The notes under the pieces were generated by a model. The model did not search any database. It was not told where the DNA came from and saw nothing but the letters and a program-made list of their open reading frames with translations. Shown here in pieces: positions 1-12,165 of a stretch of 64,000 nucleotides of DNA. This DNA comes from Mobula birostris (Eukaryota): positions 42,350,613 through 42,414,612 of the forward strand of contig NC_092397.1 of NCBI RefSeq assembly GCF_030028105.1. Direction: 5' to 3'. The position numbers were made by a program, and so were the translations under genes. Positions within the stretch are counted from its first letter, which is position 1. Each line of letters opens with the position of its first letter.

Positions 1-1118
1 AATTCAATCAGGCTCTTAAGACATGACCTGCCCTTGACAAAGCCATGCTGACTATTCCTAATCGTATTATACCTCTCCAAATGTTCATAAATCCTGCCTC
101 TCACGATCTTCTTCATCAGCTTACCAACCACTGAAGTAAGACTCACTGTTCTATAATTTCCGGAGCTATCTCTACTCCCTTTCTTGAATGAGGGAACAAC
201 ATCCGCAATCCTCCGGAACCTCTCCTGTCCCCATTGATGATGCAAAGATCATTGCCAGAGGCTCAGCAATCGCCTCCCTTGCCTCCCGCAGTATCCTGGG
301 GTACATCTCATCCGGTCCCGGCCTCTTATCCAACCTGATGCTTTCCAAAAGCTCCAGCATATCCACTTTCTCAATATCTACATGCTCAAGCTTTTCAATC
401 TGCTGCAAGTCATCACTAAAATCATCAAGATCCTTTTCTGTAGTGAATATTGAAGTAATGTATTCATTAAGTACCCCTGCTATTTCCTCCGGTTCCATAC
501 ACAGTTTCCCACTGTCACACTTGATAGGTCCTATTCTTTCATGTCTTATCCTCTTGCTCTTCACATACTTGTAGAGTGCCTTGGGGTTTTCCTTAATCCT
601 GCCTGCCAAGGCCTTCTCATCGCCCCTTCTGGCTCTCCTAATTTCCTTCTTAAGCTCCTTCCTGTTAGCCTGACAATCTTCTAGATCTCTAACAGTACCT
701 AGCTCTCTTAACCTTTTGTAAGCTTTTCTTTTCTTCTTGACTAGATTTACTACAGCCTTTGTACACCACGGTTCCTGTACCCTACCATAACTTCCCTGTC
801 TCATTGGAACACACCTATGCAGAACTTCACACGAATATCCCCTGAACATTTGCCACATTTCTTCTGTACCTTTCCCTGAGAACATCTGTTCCCAATTTAA
901 GCTTCCAAGTTTCTGCCTGATAGCCTCATAATTCCCCTTACTCCAATTAAACACTTTTCTAACTTGTCTGTTCCTGTCTCTCCCAATGCTATTGTAAAGG
1001 AAATAGAATTATGATCACTATCTCTAAAATGCTCTGCCGCTGACAGAACTGACACCTGACCAGGTTCATTTCCCAATACCAAATCAAGTACAGTCTCTCC
1101 TCTTGTAGGCTTATTGTA
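1..1118 (-). mobile_element. Decayed CR1 LINE, ORF2 portion (host element, left part)
   Basis: ORF 172..954 has CR1 ORF2 motifs (KENPKALYKY, PGPDEMYPRILRE, GEVPED). The endonuclease C-terminal motifs PTRGETVLDLVLGNE and SDHN lie at ~1000-1118. Interrupted at 1118 by a younger CR1. Confidence 0.9.
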
Positions 1119-1131
1119 GGAGCCAGAGGTC

Positions 1132-1476
1132 GTGGTACATATAGGTACCAATGACATAGGTAGGAAAAGGGATGAGGTCCTGAAAGGAGAATATAGGGAG
1201 CTAGGAAGGGAGTTGAGAAAAAGGACCGCAAAGGTAGTAATCTCGGGATTACTGCCTGTGCCACGCGACAGTGAGAGTAGGAATGCGATGAGGTGGAGAA
1301 TAAATGCGTGGCTGAGGGATTGGAGCAGGGGGCAGGGATTCAAGTTTTTGGATCATTGGGACCTCTGTTGGCGCAGGCGTGACCTGTACAAAAAGGACGG
1401 GTTGCACTTGAATCCTAGGGGGACCAATATCCTGGCAGGGAGATTAGCGGGGGCTACTGAGGTGACTTTAAACTAG
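1132..1476 (+). pseudogene. CR1 ORF1 SGNH-esterase C-terminal half (5'-truncated)
   Basis: VHIGTND ... VVISGLLPVP ... DGLHLN motifs of the CR1 ORF1 esterase domain. Confidence 0.85.
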
Positions 1477-1481
1477 AATGG

Positions 1482-4400
1482 TTGGGGGTTGGGAATCAAA
1501 TTAAAGAGGCTAGGTGTGAGGAGGTTAGTTCACTACAGGGGGATGGGAACCAGTGCAGAGAGGCAGAGGGGTGTAAAGTGAGGGTAGAAACAAAAAGTAC
1601 TATGGAGAAAAGTAAAAGTGGCAGGCCGACAAATCCAGGGCAAGCATTAAAGAGGGCCACTTTTCAGCATAATTGTATAAGGGCTAAGAGAGTTGTAAAA
1701 GAGCGCCTGAAGGCTATCTGTGTCAATGCAAGGAGCATTCGTAATAAGGTGGATGAATTGAAAGTGCAGATTGTTATTAATGATTATGATATAGTTGGGA
1801 TCACAGAGACATGGCTCCAGGGTGACCAGGGATGGGAGCTCAACGTTCAGGGATATTCAATATTCAGGAGGGATAGACATGAAGGAAGGGGAGGTGGGGT
1901 GGCGTTGCTGGTTAAAGAAGAGATTAACGCAACAGAAAGGAAGGACATAAGCCGGGAAGATGTGAAATCGATATGGGTAGAGCTGCGTAACACTAAGGGG
2001 CAGAAGACGCTGGTGGGAGTTGTGTACAGGCCACCTAACAGTAGTAGTGAGGTCGGAGATGGTATTAAACAGGAAATTAGAAATGTGTGCAATAAAGGAA
2101 CAGCGGTTATAATGGGTGACTTCAATCTACATGTAGATTGGGTGAACCAAATTGGTAAAGGTGCTGAGGAAGAGGATTTCTTGGAATGTATGCGGGATGG
2201 TTTTTTGAACCAACATGTCGAGGAACCAACTAGAGAGCAGGCTATTCTGGACTGGGTTTTGAGCAATGAGGAAGGGTTAATTAGCAATCTTGTCGTGAGA
2301 GGCCCCTTGGGTAAGAGTGACCATAATATGGTGGAATTCTTCATTAAGATGGAGAGTGACATAGTTAATTCAGAAACAAAGGTTCTGAACTTAAAGAGGG
2401 GTAACTTTGAAGGTATGAGACGTGAATCAGCTAAGATAGACTGGCAAATGACACTTAAAGGATTAACGGTGGATATGCAATGGCAAGCATTTAAAGGTTG
2501 CATGGATGAACTGCAACAAATGTTCATCCCAGTTTGGCAAAAGAATAAATCAAGGAAGGTAGTGCACCCGTAGCTGACAAGAGAAATTAGGGATAGTATC
2601 AATTCCAAAGAAGCAGCATACAAATTAGCCAGAGAAAGTGGCTCACCTGAGGACTGGGAGAAATTCAGAGTTCAGCAGAGGAGGACAAAGGGCTTAATTA
2701 GGAAGGGGAAAAAAGATTATGAGAGAAAACTGGCAGGCAACATAAAAATGGACTGTAAAAGCTTTTATAGATATGTAAAAAGGAAAAGACTGGTAAAGAC
2801 AAATGTAGGTCCCCTGCAGACAGAAACGGTGAATTGATTATGGGGAGCAAGGACATGGCAGACCAATTGAATAATTACTTTGGTTCTGTCTTCACTAAGG
2901 AGGACATAAATAATCTTCCAGAAATAGTAGGGGACAGAGGGTCCAGTGACATGGAGGAACTGAGCGAAATACATGTTAGTAGGGAAGTGGTGTTAGGTAA
3001 ATTGAAGGGATTGAAGGCAGATAAATCCCCAGGGCCAGATGGTCTGCATCCCAGGGTGCTTAAGGAAGTACCCCAAGAAATAGTGGATGCATTAGTGATA
3101 ATTTTTCAAAACTCTTTAGATTCTGGACTAGTTCCTGAGGATTGGAGGGTGGCTAATGTAACTCCACTTTTTAAAAAAGGAGGGAGAGAGAAACCGGGGA
3201 ATTATAGACCGGTTAGCCTAACATCGGTGGTGGGGAAACTGCTGGAGTCAGTTATCAAGGATGTGATAACAGCACATTTGGAAAGTGGTGAAATGATCGG
3301 ACAAAGTCAGCATGGATTTGTGAAAGGAAAATCATGTCTGACGAATCTCATAGAATTTTTTGAGGATGTAACTAGTAGAGTGGATAGGGGAGAACCAGTG
3401 GATGTGGTATATTTGGGTTTTCAGAAGGCTTTTGACAAGGTCCCACACAGGAGATTAGTGTGCAAACTTAAAGCACACGGTATTGGGGTTAAGGTATTGG
3501 TGTGGGTGGAGAGTTGGTTAGCAGACAGGAAGCAAAGAGTGGGAATAAACGGGACCTTTTCAGAATGGCAGGCGGTGACTAGTGGGGTACCGCAAGGCTC
3601 AGTGCTGGGACCCCAGTTGTTTACAATATATATTACTGACTTGGATGAGGGAATTAAATGCAGCATCTCCAAGTTTGCGGATGACACGAAGCTGGGTGGC
3701 AGTGTTAGCGGTGAGGAGGATGCTAAGAGGATGCAGAGTGACTTGGATAGGTTGGGTGAGTGGGCAAGTTCATGGCAGATGCAATTTAATGTGGATAAAT
3801 GTGAAGTTATCCACTTTGGTGGCAAAAATAGGAAAACAGATTATTATCTGAATGGTGGCCGATTAGGAAAAGGGGAGGTGCAACGTGACCTGGGTGTCAT
3901 TATACACCAGTCATTGAAAGTGGGCATGCAGGTACAGCAGGCGGTGAAAAAGGCGAATGGTATGCTGGCATTTATAGCGAGAGGATTCGAGTACAGGAGC
4001 AGGGAGGTACTACTGCGGTTGTACAAGGCCTTGGTGAGACCGCACCTGGAGTATTGTGTGCAGTTTTGGTCCCCTAATCTGAGGAAAGACATCCTTGCCA
4101 TAGAGGGAGTACAGAGAAGGTTCACCAGATTGATTTCTGGGATGGCAGGACTTTCATATGAAGAAAGACTGGATGAACTGGGCTTGTACTCGTTGGAATT
4201 TAGAAGATTGAGGGGGGATCTGATTGAAACGTATAAGATCCTAAAGGGATTGGACAGGCTAGATGCAGGAAGATTGTTCCCGATGTTGGGGAAGTCCAGA
4301 ACAAGGGGTCACAGTTTGAGGATAGAGGGGAAGCCTTTTAGGACTGAGATTAGGAAAAACTTCTTCACACAGAGAGTGGTGAATCTGTGGAATTCTCTGC

Positions 4401-4513
4401 CACAGGAAACAGTTGAGGCCAGTTCATTGGCTATATTTAAGAGGGAGTTAGATATGGCCCTTGTGGCTACGGGGGTCAGGGGGTATGGAGGGAAGGCTGG
4501 GGCGGTGTTCTGA
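1482..4513 (+). pseudogene. CR1 ORF2 (APE endonuclease + reverse transcriptase) with one stop and one frameshift
   Basis: APE motifs NARSI, GITETW, GVVYRPP, MGDFN, SDHN. TAG at 2571-2573 (HP*, expected HPW). Apparent 1-bp frameshift near 2828. RT motifs NYRPVSLTS, QHGF, GVPQGSVLGP, FADD. Confidence 0.93.
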
Positions 4514-4600
4514 GTTGGATGATCAGCCATGATCATAATAAATGGCGGTGCAGGCTCGAAGGGCCGAATGGCCTACTCCTGCACCTATTTTCTATGTTTC

Positions 4601-6300
4601 TGTACATTGTGTCAAGAAACCTTCCTGAACACACCTAACAAACTGCACCCTATCTAAACCCCTTGCTCGGGGGAGATGCCAATCGATATTTGGAAAATTA
4701 AAATCCCCTACCGCGACAACTCTGTTGTTATTACTCATTTCCAGGATCTGTTTCCCTATCAGCTCCTCGATATCCCTGTTACTATTGGGTGGCCTATGAA
4801 AACCACCCAGTAGAGTAATTGACCCCTTCCTGTTCCTAATCTCCACCCATAGAGACTCTATAGACAATCCTCCCATGACATCCTCCTTTTCTGCAGGCAC
4901 CACACTATCTCTGATCAACAGTGCCACGCCCCATCTCTTTTGCCTTCCTCTCTGTCCTTCCTGAAACATCTAAAACCCGGCACGTGAAGTAACCATTCCT
5001 GTCCCTGAGCCATCCAAGTCTCTGTAATGGCAAGTAGTGAGCCATGCTCTAAGCTCATCCGCTTTGTTCACAATACTCCTTGTGTTAAAATAGACACATC
5101 TCAAACCGTTGGTCTGAGCACATACCTTCTCTATCACTTGCCTGTCCTCCCTCACACACTGTCTCCAAGCTTTCTCTATTTGTGAGCCAACCGCCTCTTC
5201 CCCAGTCTCTTCAGTTCCGTTCCCACTCCCCAACAGTTCCAGTTTAAACTCTCCCCAGTAGCAAACCTCCCCGCCAAGATATTGGTCCCCATGGGATTCA
5301 AGTGCAACTCGTCCTTGTTGTACAGGTCACACCTGCCCCAAAAGAGGTCCAAATGATCCAGAAATCTGAATCTCTGCCCGCTGCTTCAATCCCTCAGCCA
5401 TGCATTTATCCGCCAGCTCATTCTATTCCTATTCTCACTGTCCTGTGGCACAGGCAGTAATCCCGAGATTACTACCTTTGCTCTCCTGCTTCTCAACTTC
5501 CTTCCTAACTCCCTGTAGTCTGTTTTCAGGACATCTTCCCTTTTCCTACCTATGTCACTGGTACCAATATGTACCACGACCTCTGGCTGTTCTCCATTCC
5601 ACTGCAGGATATTTTGGACTTGATCTGAAACTTCCCGGACCCTGGCATCTGGGAGGCAAACTATCATCCGTGTTTCTTTCCTGCATTCACAGAGTGCCTA
5701 ACTAAAGAGTCCCCCATCACTACGGCCTTTCTCTTCCTTTCCCTACCCTTCTGAGCCACAGGGCCGGGCTCTGTGTCAGAGGCACGGCCACTGTTGCTTC
5801 CCCCAGGTAGGCTATATCCCCCCTCCCCCCCAACAGTACTCAAACAGGAGTACTTATTGTTCAGGGGGACAGCCACAGGGGTACTCTCTGGTCCCTGACT
5901 CTTCCCCTTCCCTCTCCTGACCGTTAACCACTTGTCTGTTTGCTGTGGTCCCGGTGTGATCACCCTTCTATTACCTCCTCGCTGTCCCTGATCAGACGAA
6001 GGTCAACGAGCTGCAACTCCCGTTCCCTAACGCAGTCCCTTAGGAGCCGCAGTTCAACAGACCGGGTGCGGATATTGCCATCCAGGAGGCTGGGAGACTC
6101 CAGAACTTTCAACATCTGACACGGAGCACAGAACACCGGGCTCACACACATACTTCCTTTCCACAATTAATGCAGGTAAACCTACCTCGCCTCATTACCA
6201 CCTAAACCAGTTGAGCCAAAGCCCTCTCACTCTGCTGCCCGCTGGATATGGCGGTCTTCTTTTTAAACCTTTTCCCGCTCTACTGGCTGATGTCACGCGC
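4601..6300 (-). mobile_element. Decayed CR1 LINE, 5' portion (ORF1 zinc finger/coiled coil/esterase and APE start)
   Basis: ORFs 5960..6166 (CxxC start, coiled coil), 5664..5963 (GDSLVR), 5386..5667 (VVVHIGTSD), 4970..5233 (FNTRSIVNK), 4592..4969 (RPPN, GDFNFP). The 5' limit is approximate. Confidence 0.88.
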
Positions 6301-6874
6301 CTGTGCAGTCTTGCCTCTCTTTACTCCGAGTAGTAAAATGCCTTCGGTCTGGAAATCCTGAGCCATTCCACTCACAGCCTTCTTGCCTTTCCTCATCCTC
6401 TTTAAACCACACATTTCTCTCGTTAAACTTTTGTTGCACACACCTCATAATTGTCTGCATTAAATTCCATCTGCCATTTTAACAACTGGACAACGTCCCA
6501 TGTCAATATTTGCTAGCCTTTCTTGCTGTCCACTGCACCCCTAATCTTGGTGTTATCTGCAAACTTGCTGATCCAGTTTACCACATTCTCATCCAGATGT
6601 TAATCCAGATGGAAAACAACAATGGACCCAGCACTGGGAAGTTTTACCAGGGCAGGACGTACACAGTGAATGACAGGTTCCTGAGAAGTGTTGATGAACA
6701 GAGACTTGGTGCGTTTCTCCCTCCACCACCTCCTCTGGCAGGTCATTCAGGAGACCATCACTGATCCTTATCCTTCTCAAACCCCTCTCCCACCCCCTCC
6801 CATCCCACTCACAATCAAGAACATCCACATTAAATATACTCAGTGAATTGGCCACAGCCGTCTGTGGGGATGAA

Positions 6875-8390
6875 TCAGAGTCAGAACCAGAATCAGGTTT
6901 ATTATCACCGATGTGTGTCATGAAATTTGTCAATGTAGCAGCAGCAGTTCAATGCTGTACATGATAATATAGAAAGAATAAATAAATTACAGAATGTGTG
7001 TGTATGGATATGTTTATGTAGATTGAAAACAGTGCAAGAACAGAAATAACATATATAGAATACATCTATAGCAGTTTTGTCTGTTTTAAATTGAGAAATC
7101 AACTATCTCCAAACTCCTGATGAAACATATCCGCTGTCTTGCCCTCTTTATACTGTAGCTGCATCGATATGTTGGGACCAGGTTAGATCCTCGGAGATAC
7201 TGGTATCCAGGAACTTGAAATTGTTCACTCTCTCCACTTCTGATCCCTCTATGAGGATTGATTCCTGTTCCCTCATCGTACCCTTCCTTCAATCAGCTCT
7301 TTTGTCGCACTGACATTAAGCACAAGGTTGTTGCTGCGACACCACTCAACCAGCTGGTATATCTTGCTCCTGTAAGTCCTCTCCTCTCCATCTGAGATTG
7401 TGCCAGCAATGGTTGTATCCAGCATATTTAGGTACGGCTTTTGAGCTACGCTTAGTCACACAGTCATGGGTAGAGGGGGAGTGGAGCAGTCGGCTAAGCA
7501 CAATCCCTGAGGTGAACCAGTGTCAGTGTTGATCGTCAGCGAGGGGGAGATATTAATTTGAATTTGAATTAACTTTATTTCTTGTATCCTTCATGTACAT
7601 GAGGAGTAAAAATCTTTGTTACATCTCCGTCTAAATGTGCAATTTACAATCATAGTAACTTATATTAATTTATAATAAATAGAACAACCAATGTAACATA
7701 GAAATACACTCAAATCAGTGTGAGTTGATCAGTCTGATGGCCTGGTGGAAGAAGCTGAGCCGGAACCTGTGTGTCCTGGCTTTTATGCTGCGGTCCTGTT
7801 TCCCGGATGGTTGCAGCTGGAATAGATTGTGGTTGGGGTGACTCAGGTCCCCAGTGATCCTTCAGGCCCTTTTCTCACACCTTTTGTTGTAAATGTCCTC
7901 AGTCATGGGAAGTTCACAACTACAGATGCGCTGGGCTGTCTGCACCACTCTCTGTAGAGTCCTGCGATTAACGGAGATGCAGTTCCCATACCAGGCAGTG
8001 ATGCAGCCATTCAGGATGTTCTCAATTTTGCCCCTGTAGAAAGTTCTTAGGATTTGGGGGCCCATAGCAAACTTCCTCGACCGCCTGAGGTGAAAGCGGT
8101 GCTGTTGTGCCTTTTTCACCACTCAGCTGGTGTGTGCAGACTGCGTGAGATCCTCAGGTATGCTAATGCTGAGGAACTTAAAGCTGTTTACTGTCTACAC
8201 CCCAGATCCAATAGGGGTTAGCTCATCTGCATTAATCCGCACAGATTGTGGTCTCCTGGTTAGGAAGTCGAGGATCGAGTTGCAGAGAGACCAGGTTCTG
8301 CAGCTTATTAATCAGGACTGTGGGATTGATGGTGTTAAACACTGAGCTATAGTCAATGAACTACATCCTGACACAGGCTGTGCAGATGCA
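6875..8390 (-). mobile_element. Stacked Rex1/Babar-like (L2-related) LINE 3' relics
   Basis: ORF 7862..8122 VKKAQQ.RFHLRR..KF...ILRTFYRG.IENILNGCITAWYGNC is a typical Rex/Babar RT C-terminus. Microsatellite-like tails near 6875-6900 and 7556-7575. Confidence 0.65.
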
Positions 8391-10690
8391 CTACCCTTTG
8401 GTAGGGAAATTATTCCTGATCTTTGTTCTAACAGGATGTCCTGTGTTCTGAGGCTGTGCCCTGTGATCCCAGACTGCCCCGCTATCGGAAACATCCTCCC
8501 CACTCCATTGTAGGCCTTTCTATTTTTGATAGGTTTCAATGAGATTCCCTCATTCTTCTAAAGTCTAGTGAGTACAGGCCGAGAGCCAGCAAACAATCCT
8601 CGTGCATTAACCCTTTTATTGCCAGGATCATTCTTGTGAACCTCCTCTTGACTCTCTCCTATGCGAGCACGTACCTTTTTAGATAAGGGGCCCAAAACAG
8701 TTCACAATACTCCAAGCGTGATCAGACCAATGCCTTATAAAGTCTGAGCATTACATCCCTGCTTTTGTGTTGTAGTCTTCTTGAAATGAATGCTGACGTT
8801 GCATTTGATTTCCTTACCACCAAATCAACTGGCAAGTTTATCATTAGGAAATCCTGCACATCGGAGACGTGCCTGACCCCAGCACCCAGGAGGGGATACC
8901 CCACCGTGGCATCTCTCTTGCTGCCACAGAATCTCCTGCACATCCCCTGTACTGTGAGTCTGTTGTCATCACTGCTGTGATTGACCTTTCCTCCCGCGGA
9001 GTATCGGACCGGGGTGTCAGTATCACTGACCTGACAGGCTGCTGTTCTCTGGTTTGTCACCCTCCCAGGTGTATCCAAAGGAGTGTACTTGTTGCTGAGG
9101 GTCACAGCCACAGGGAGACATTGTACTGTCTGTCTCTTCCTCTTTCCAGTCACGGTAGTCACCAAACTATTTGCATCCCAACCTCAGGTTTGACCAACCC
9201 ACTGAATCTCTGGTCTCAGCATCCTGGAAGCTCCAAGTCTGTCCATCTCCAGCACCATTCCCATTTCTAGTGGTCACCCTCGTGCATTAATCCTTTTATT
9301 GCCAGGATCATTTGTGGCACCTTGTCAAAGAAAGCCTTTTGAAAGTCCAAATATATGACATCAGTGCATCCCGTTTATCCATCCTGCGTGTAATCTCCTC
9401 AACGTATTCCAACAGGTTCATCAGGCAAGACTTTCCCTTAAGGAAACCGTGCTGACTTTGTCCTTTCTTGTCCTGTGTTTCCAATACTCCTTAATAATTG
9501 ACTCCAGTATCTTCCCAACCACTGAGGTCCAGTTAACTGGTCTGTAATTCCCTTTCTGCTGCCTTGCTTTGTTATATGCCTTCCCTTTTGGTTTTACATT
9601 AGCTTTGATTTCCTTGTCAGCCACGGTTGTACTATTTTGCTACTTGAATATTTATTTGTTTTTTGGAATACATTCATCCTGCACCTCCCTCATTCTCCCC
9701 AGAAACTGTTGCTGCTCTGCTGCCATCCCTGCCAGCATCTCCTTCCAATTTACTTCAGCCAACTCCTCTCTTAAACCACTGTAACTACCTTAACTCCACT
9801 GAAACACTGCTGTGTCAGACTTTACATTCTCCCTATCCAATTTCAGGTTGAACTCAATGATACTGGCTCCTAAGGGTTCTTTTACCTTAAGCTCCCTAAT
9901 CACCTCCAGTTTATTCAATAACACATAATCCAGTATAGCTGTTCCCCTAGTAGGCTCAATGACAAACTGCTCCAAAAAGCCATCTGTTCGGCATTCAGCA
10001 AACTCTCTTGAGATCTATTTCCAACCTGATTTTCCCAATCGACCTGCATGTTAAAATCTCCCCTGACTCCCATGAAATCTTGAATAACATTCCCCTTTTG
10101 ATATGTCTTTTCTATTTCCTGTTGTAATCTGTGGCCTACATCCCAGCAACTGTTGGAAGGCCTCTATATAACTACCATCAACGTCTCTTACCCTTGCAGG
10201 TTTTTAACTCAATTCACAAGTATTCAACATCTTTCGATCCTATGTCACATCTTTCTACTGATTTGTTACCATTCTTTACCAGCAGAGCCATGCCATCCCC
10301 ATTGTCTACCTTCCTATCCCTCTGATACGTGTAACCTTGGGCATTGAGCTCTGAACTAGAAACATCCTTCAGCCGTGGTTCAGTGATGGTCACGACAATC
10401 CGTAATAGGGCAATAAGATTATCCACCTTATTTCTTATACTCCGTAAGTTGAGATATAACAGTTTCAGTACTGTATTTGCTGTCCTAATTGATTCTGCAT
10501 CCCTCATGCACTGATACTCACCCTGCTGGCTGCAGTTATGTCCTATCATCTGCCTGCCCTTCCTGACCGTGTGACTGCATGCGATCTTTGCTTTCTTTAC
10601 CATCCGTCCTACCCTGAGTCTTTTCACACCTGTTCCCACACCCCTGCCAAATTAGTTTAAACCCTCCCCAGCTGCTCTAACAAACCAGCA
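8390..10690 (-). mobile_element. Multiple decayed CR1 fragments
   Basis: MLRLYKALV (8722), NYRPVNWTSVVGKILESII (9421..9624), EPTRGTAILD (9790..9975), LYLNLRSIRNKVD (10214..10639). Boundaries are approximate. Confidence 0.75.
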
Positions 10691-11739
10691 GTATGCCCAC
10701 AAGAAAACTAATCTCAGGGTTGTATACGGTGACAGAAATGTATTTTGATAGTACATTTTCTTTCAGCTTTGAACTTTGTAGTAGAGAGCTGTGTGTTGTA
10801 CTGGTCTGTGTCCTCACTGGCCGGTGCTGTGCTCTGGCAGCTCAGTGTGTTTGGTATACAGTGTCAGTGTTTCGACAGAAGTGTGTCCTTATTACACAAT
10901 TGATCTTGTCCACCCTGGAGCTTGGTAGATTCACTGGAGATCAGAATGGTTTCTTCAGACTATTATTGGGTAGAGAATCATTCTGTGATCGTCGAGACTA
11001 TTTGACCCATCAAGTTAATACCACCTCCTGCTACAACATTTCCACAGTCCCATTCCCCACTCTGTCCCCACAGCTCTGCAGGTCATTTCCCCTGAAGGAC
11101 CTGTCTAATTCCTCTTTGAACACTGGTTGTTCCTGCCACCACTCTGCTGAGTCCCATATTTCCCAAGGTGAAGTCAAGAATGTCCCCCTCCCTGGTGGAC
11201 CACAGATTGTTTCAGGAAACCTTTCTGAACACAAATAATGCCACATCCAAGCCTCAGTTTGTAAGGGAGTCCCAGTTACTCTGAGGAGATATTCACTCAC
11301 CGGATCTACTCTGTTGTTTTTACATCATCCCATGACCTGTTAACATATCTGTTTCTGTCTCTTACTGGCTATTGAGAGGCCGGCAGTATAATCCCATCAT
11401 GGTGATTGCACCTTTCTTATTCCAGATCTCTATCCAGATTGTCTTACTGGATGAGCCTCTGGGGTGACCTTGACCTTGACCTTGTGACGTTCTGCCTGAT
11501 CAGCAGTACCGCTCCCCAACGTCATTCACCTTCCTCAGGACTGTCTGAATCATCTAAATCCTGGAAGGTTTATCTGTCAGTCCTGCCCTTCTCTCAGCCA
11601 GATCTCTGTAATGGATGAGTCACCATGCCATGTACTAATCCAGAATCTAAGTACGTCTGCCTTAACCATTCTACACTGCACTGATATAAACACACTTCAG
11701 GCCCTCAGTGCCACTGTGCTCATTAACTTGGCCTAACTT

Positions 11740-12165
11740 CACAGTGGTGCACTGGGCCAGTGGCATCAACATGGGTGATCCATCAGACTCAATAAACTGA
11801 TTGGAAAGGCTGGCTCTGTTCTAGGAGTCAAACTGGACACACTGGAGGCCGTGGTAGAACAAAGGACCCGACGGAAAATCCTGGCAATTCTGGACAATGT
11901 TTCTCACCCTCTGCAGGCCACCTTGGCTGAACAGAGGAGCACCTTCTGTAACAGACTAAGACAACTCTGCTGCTCGGAAGAACGCTGTATGAAGTCATTC
12001 TTACACTGGGCCGTCAGGGTCAATAATGAGTCAACCTATAGCCGGGGAAGTGACCCCCCCCCCCATGTTCGACTGTTGGAGGTAACTTACTTTTCATTCT
12101 TTCTCTTGCTTCCCTTCTGATATTTGTATATCTGTGCACTTGTAATGCTACTGAGACATTGTAAT
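11740..12165 (+). mobile_element. Rex1/Babar-like LINE 3' relic
   Basis: ORF 11851..12120 ...ILAILDNVSHPL...RLRQLCCSEERCMKSFL resembles the HPL..RL..C.T.R...SF C-terminal motif. Confidence 0.55.

Larger units (their letters stand above)
1119..4600 (+). mobile_element. Young 5'-truncated CR1 LINE nested in an older antisense CR1
   Basis: Contains the ORF1 C-terminus, APE and RT, and ends in a CR1 tail (ttctatgtttct, ~4590-4601). Candidate TSD tgta at 1115-1118 and 4601-4604. The host element resumes on both sides. Confidence 0.95.

Noticed and set aside
10693-11238. 181-aa ORF as a host gene exon
   Set aside because: No recognisable domain; embedded among TE relics, and its 3' half resembles decayed LINE sequence.
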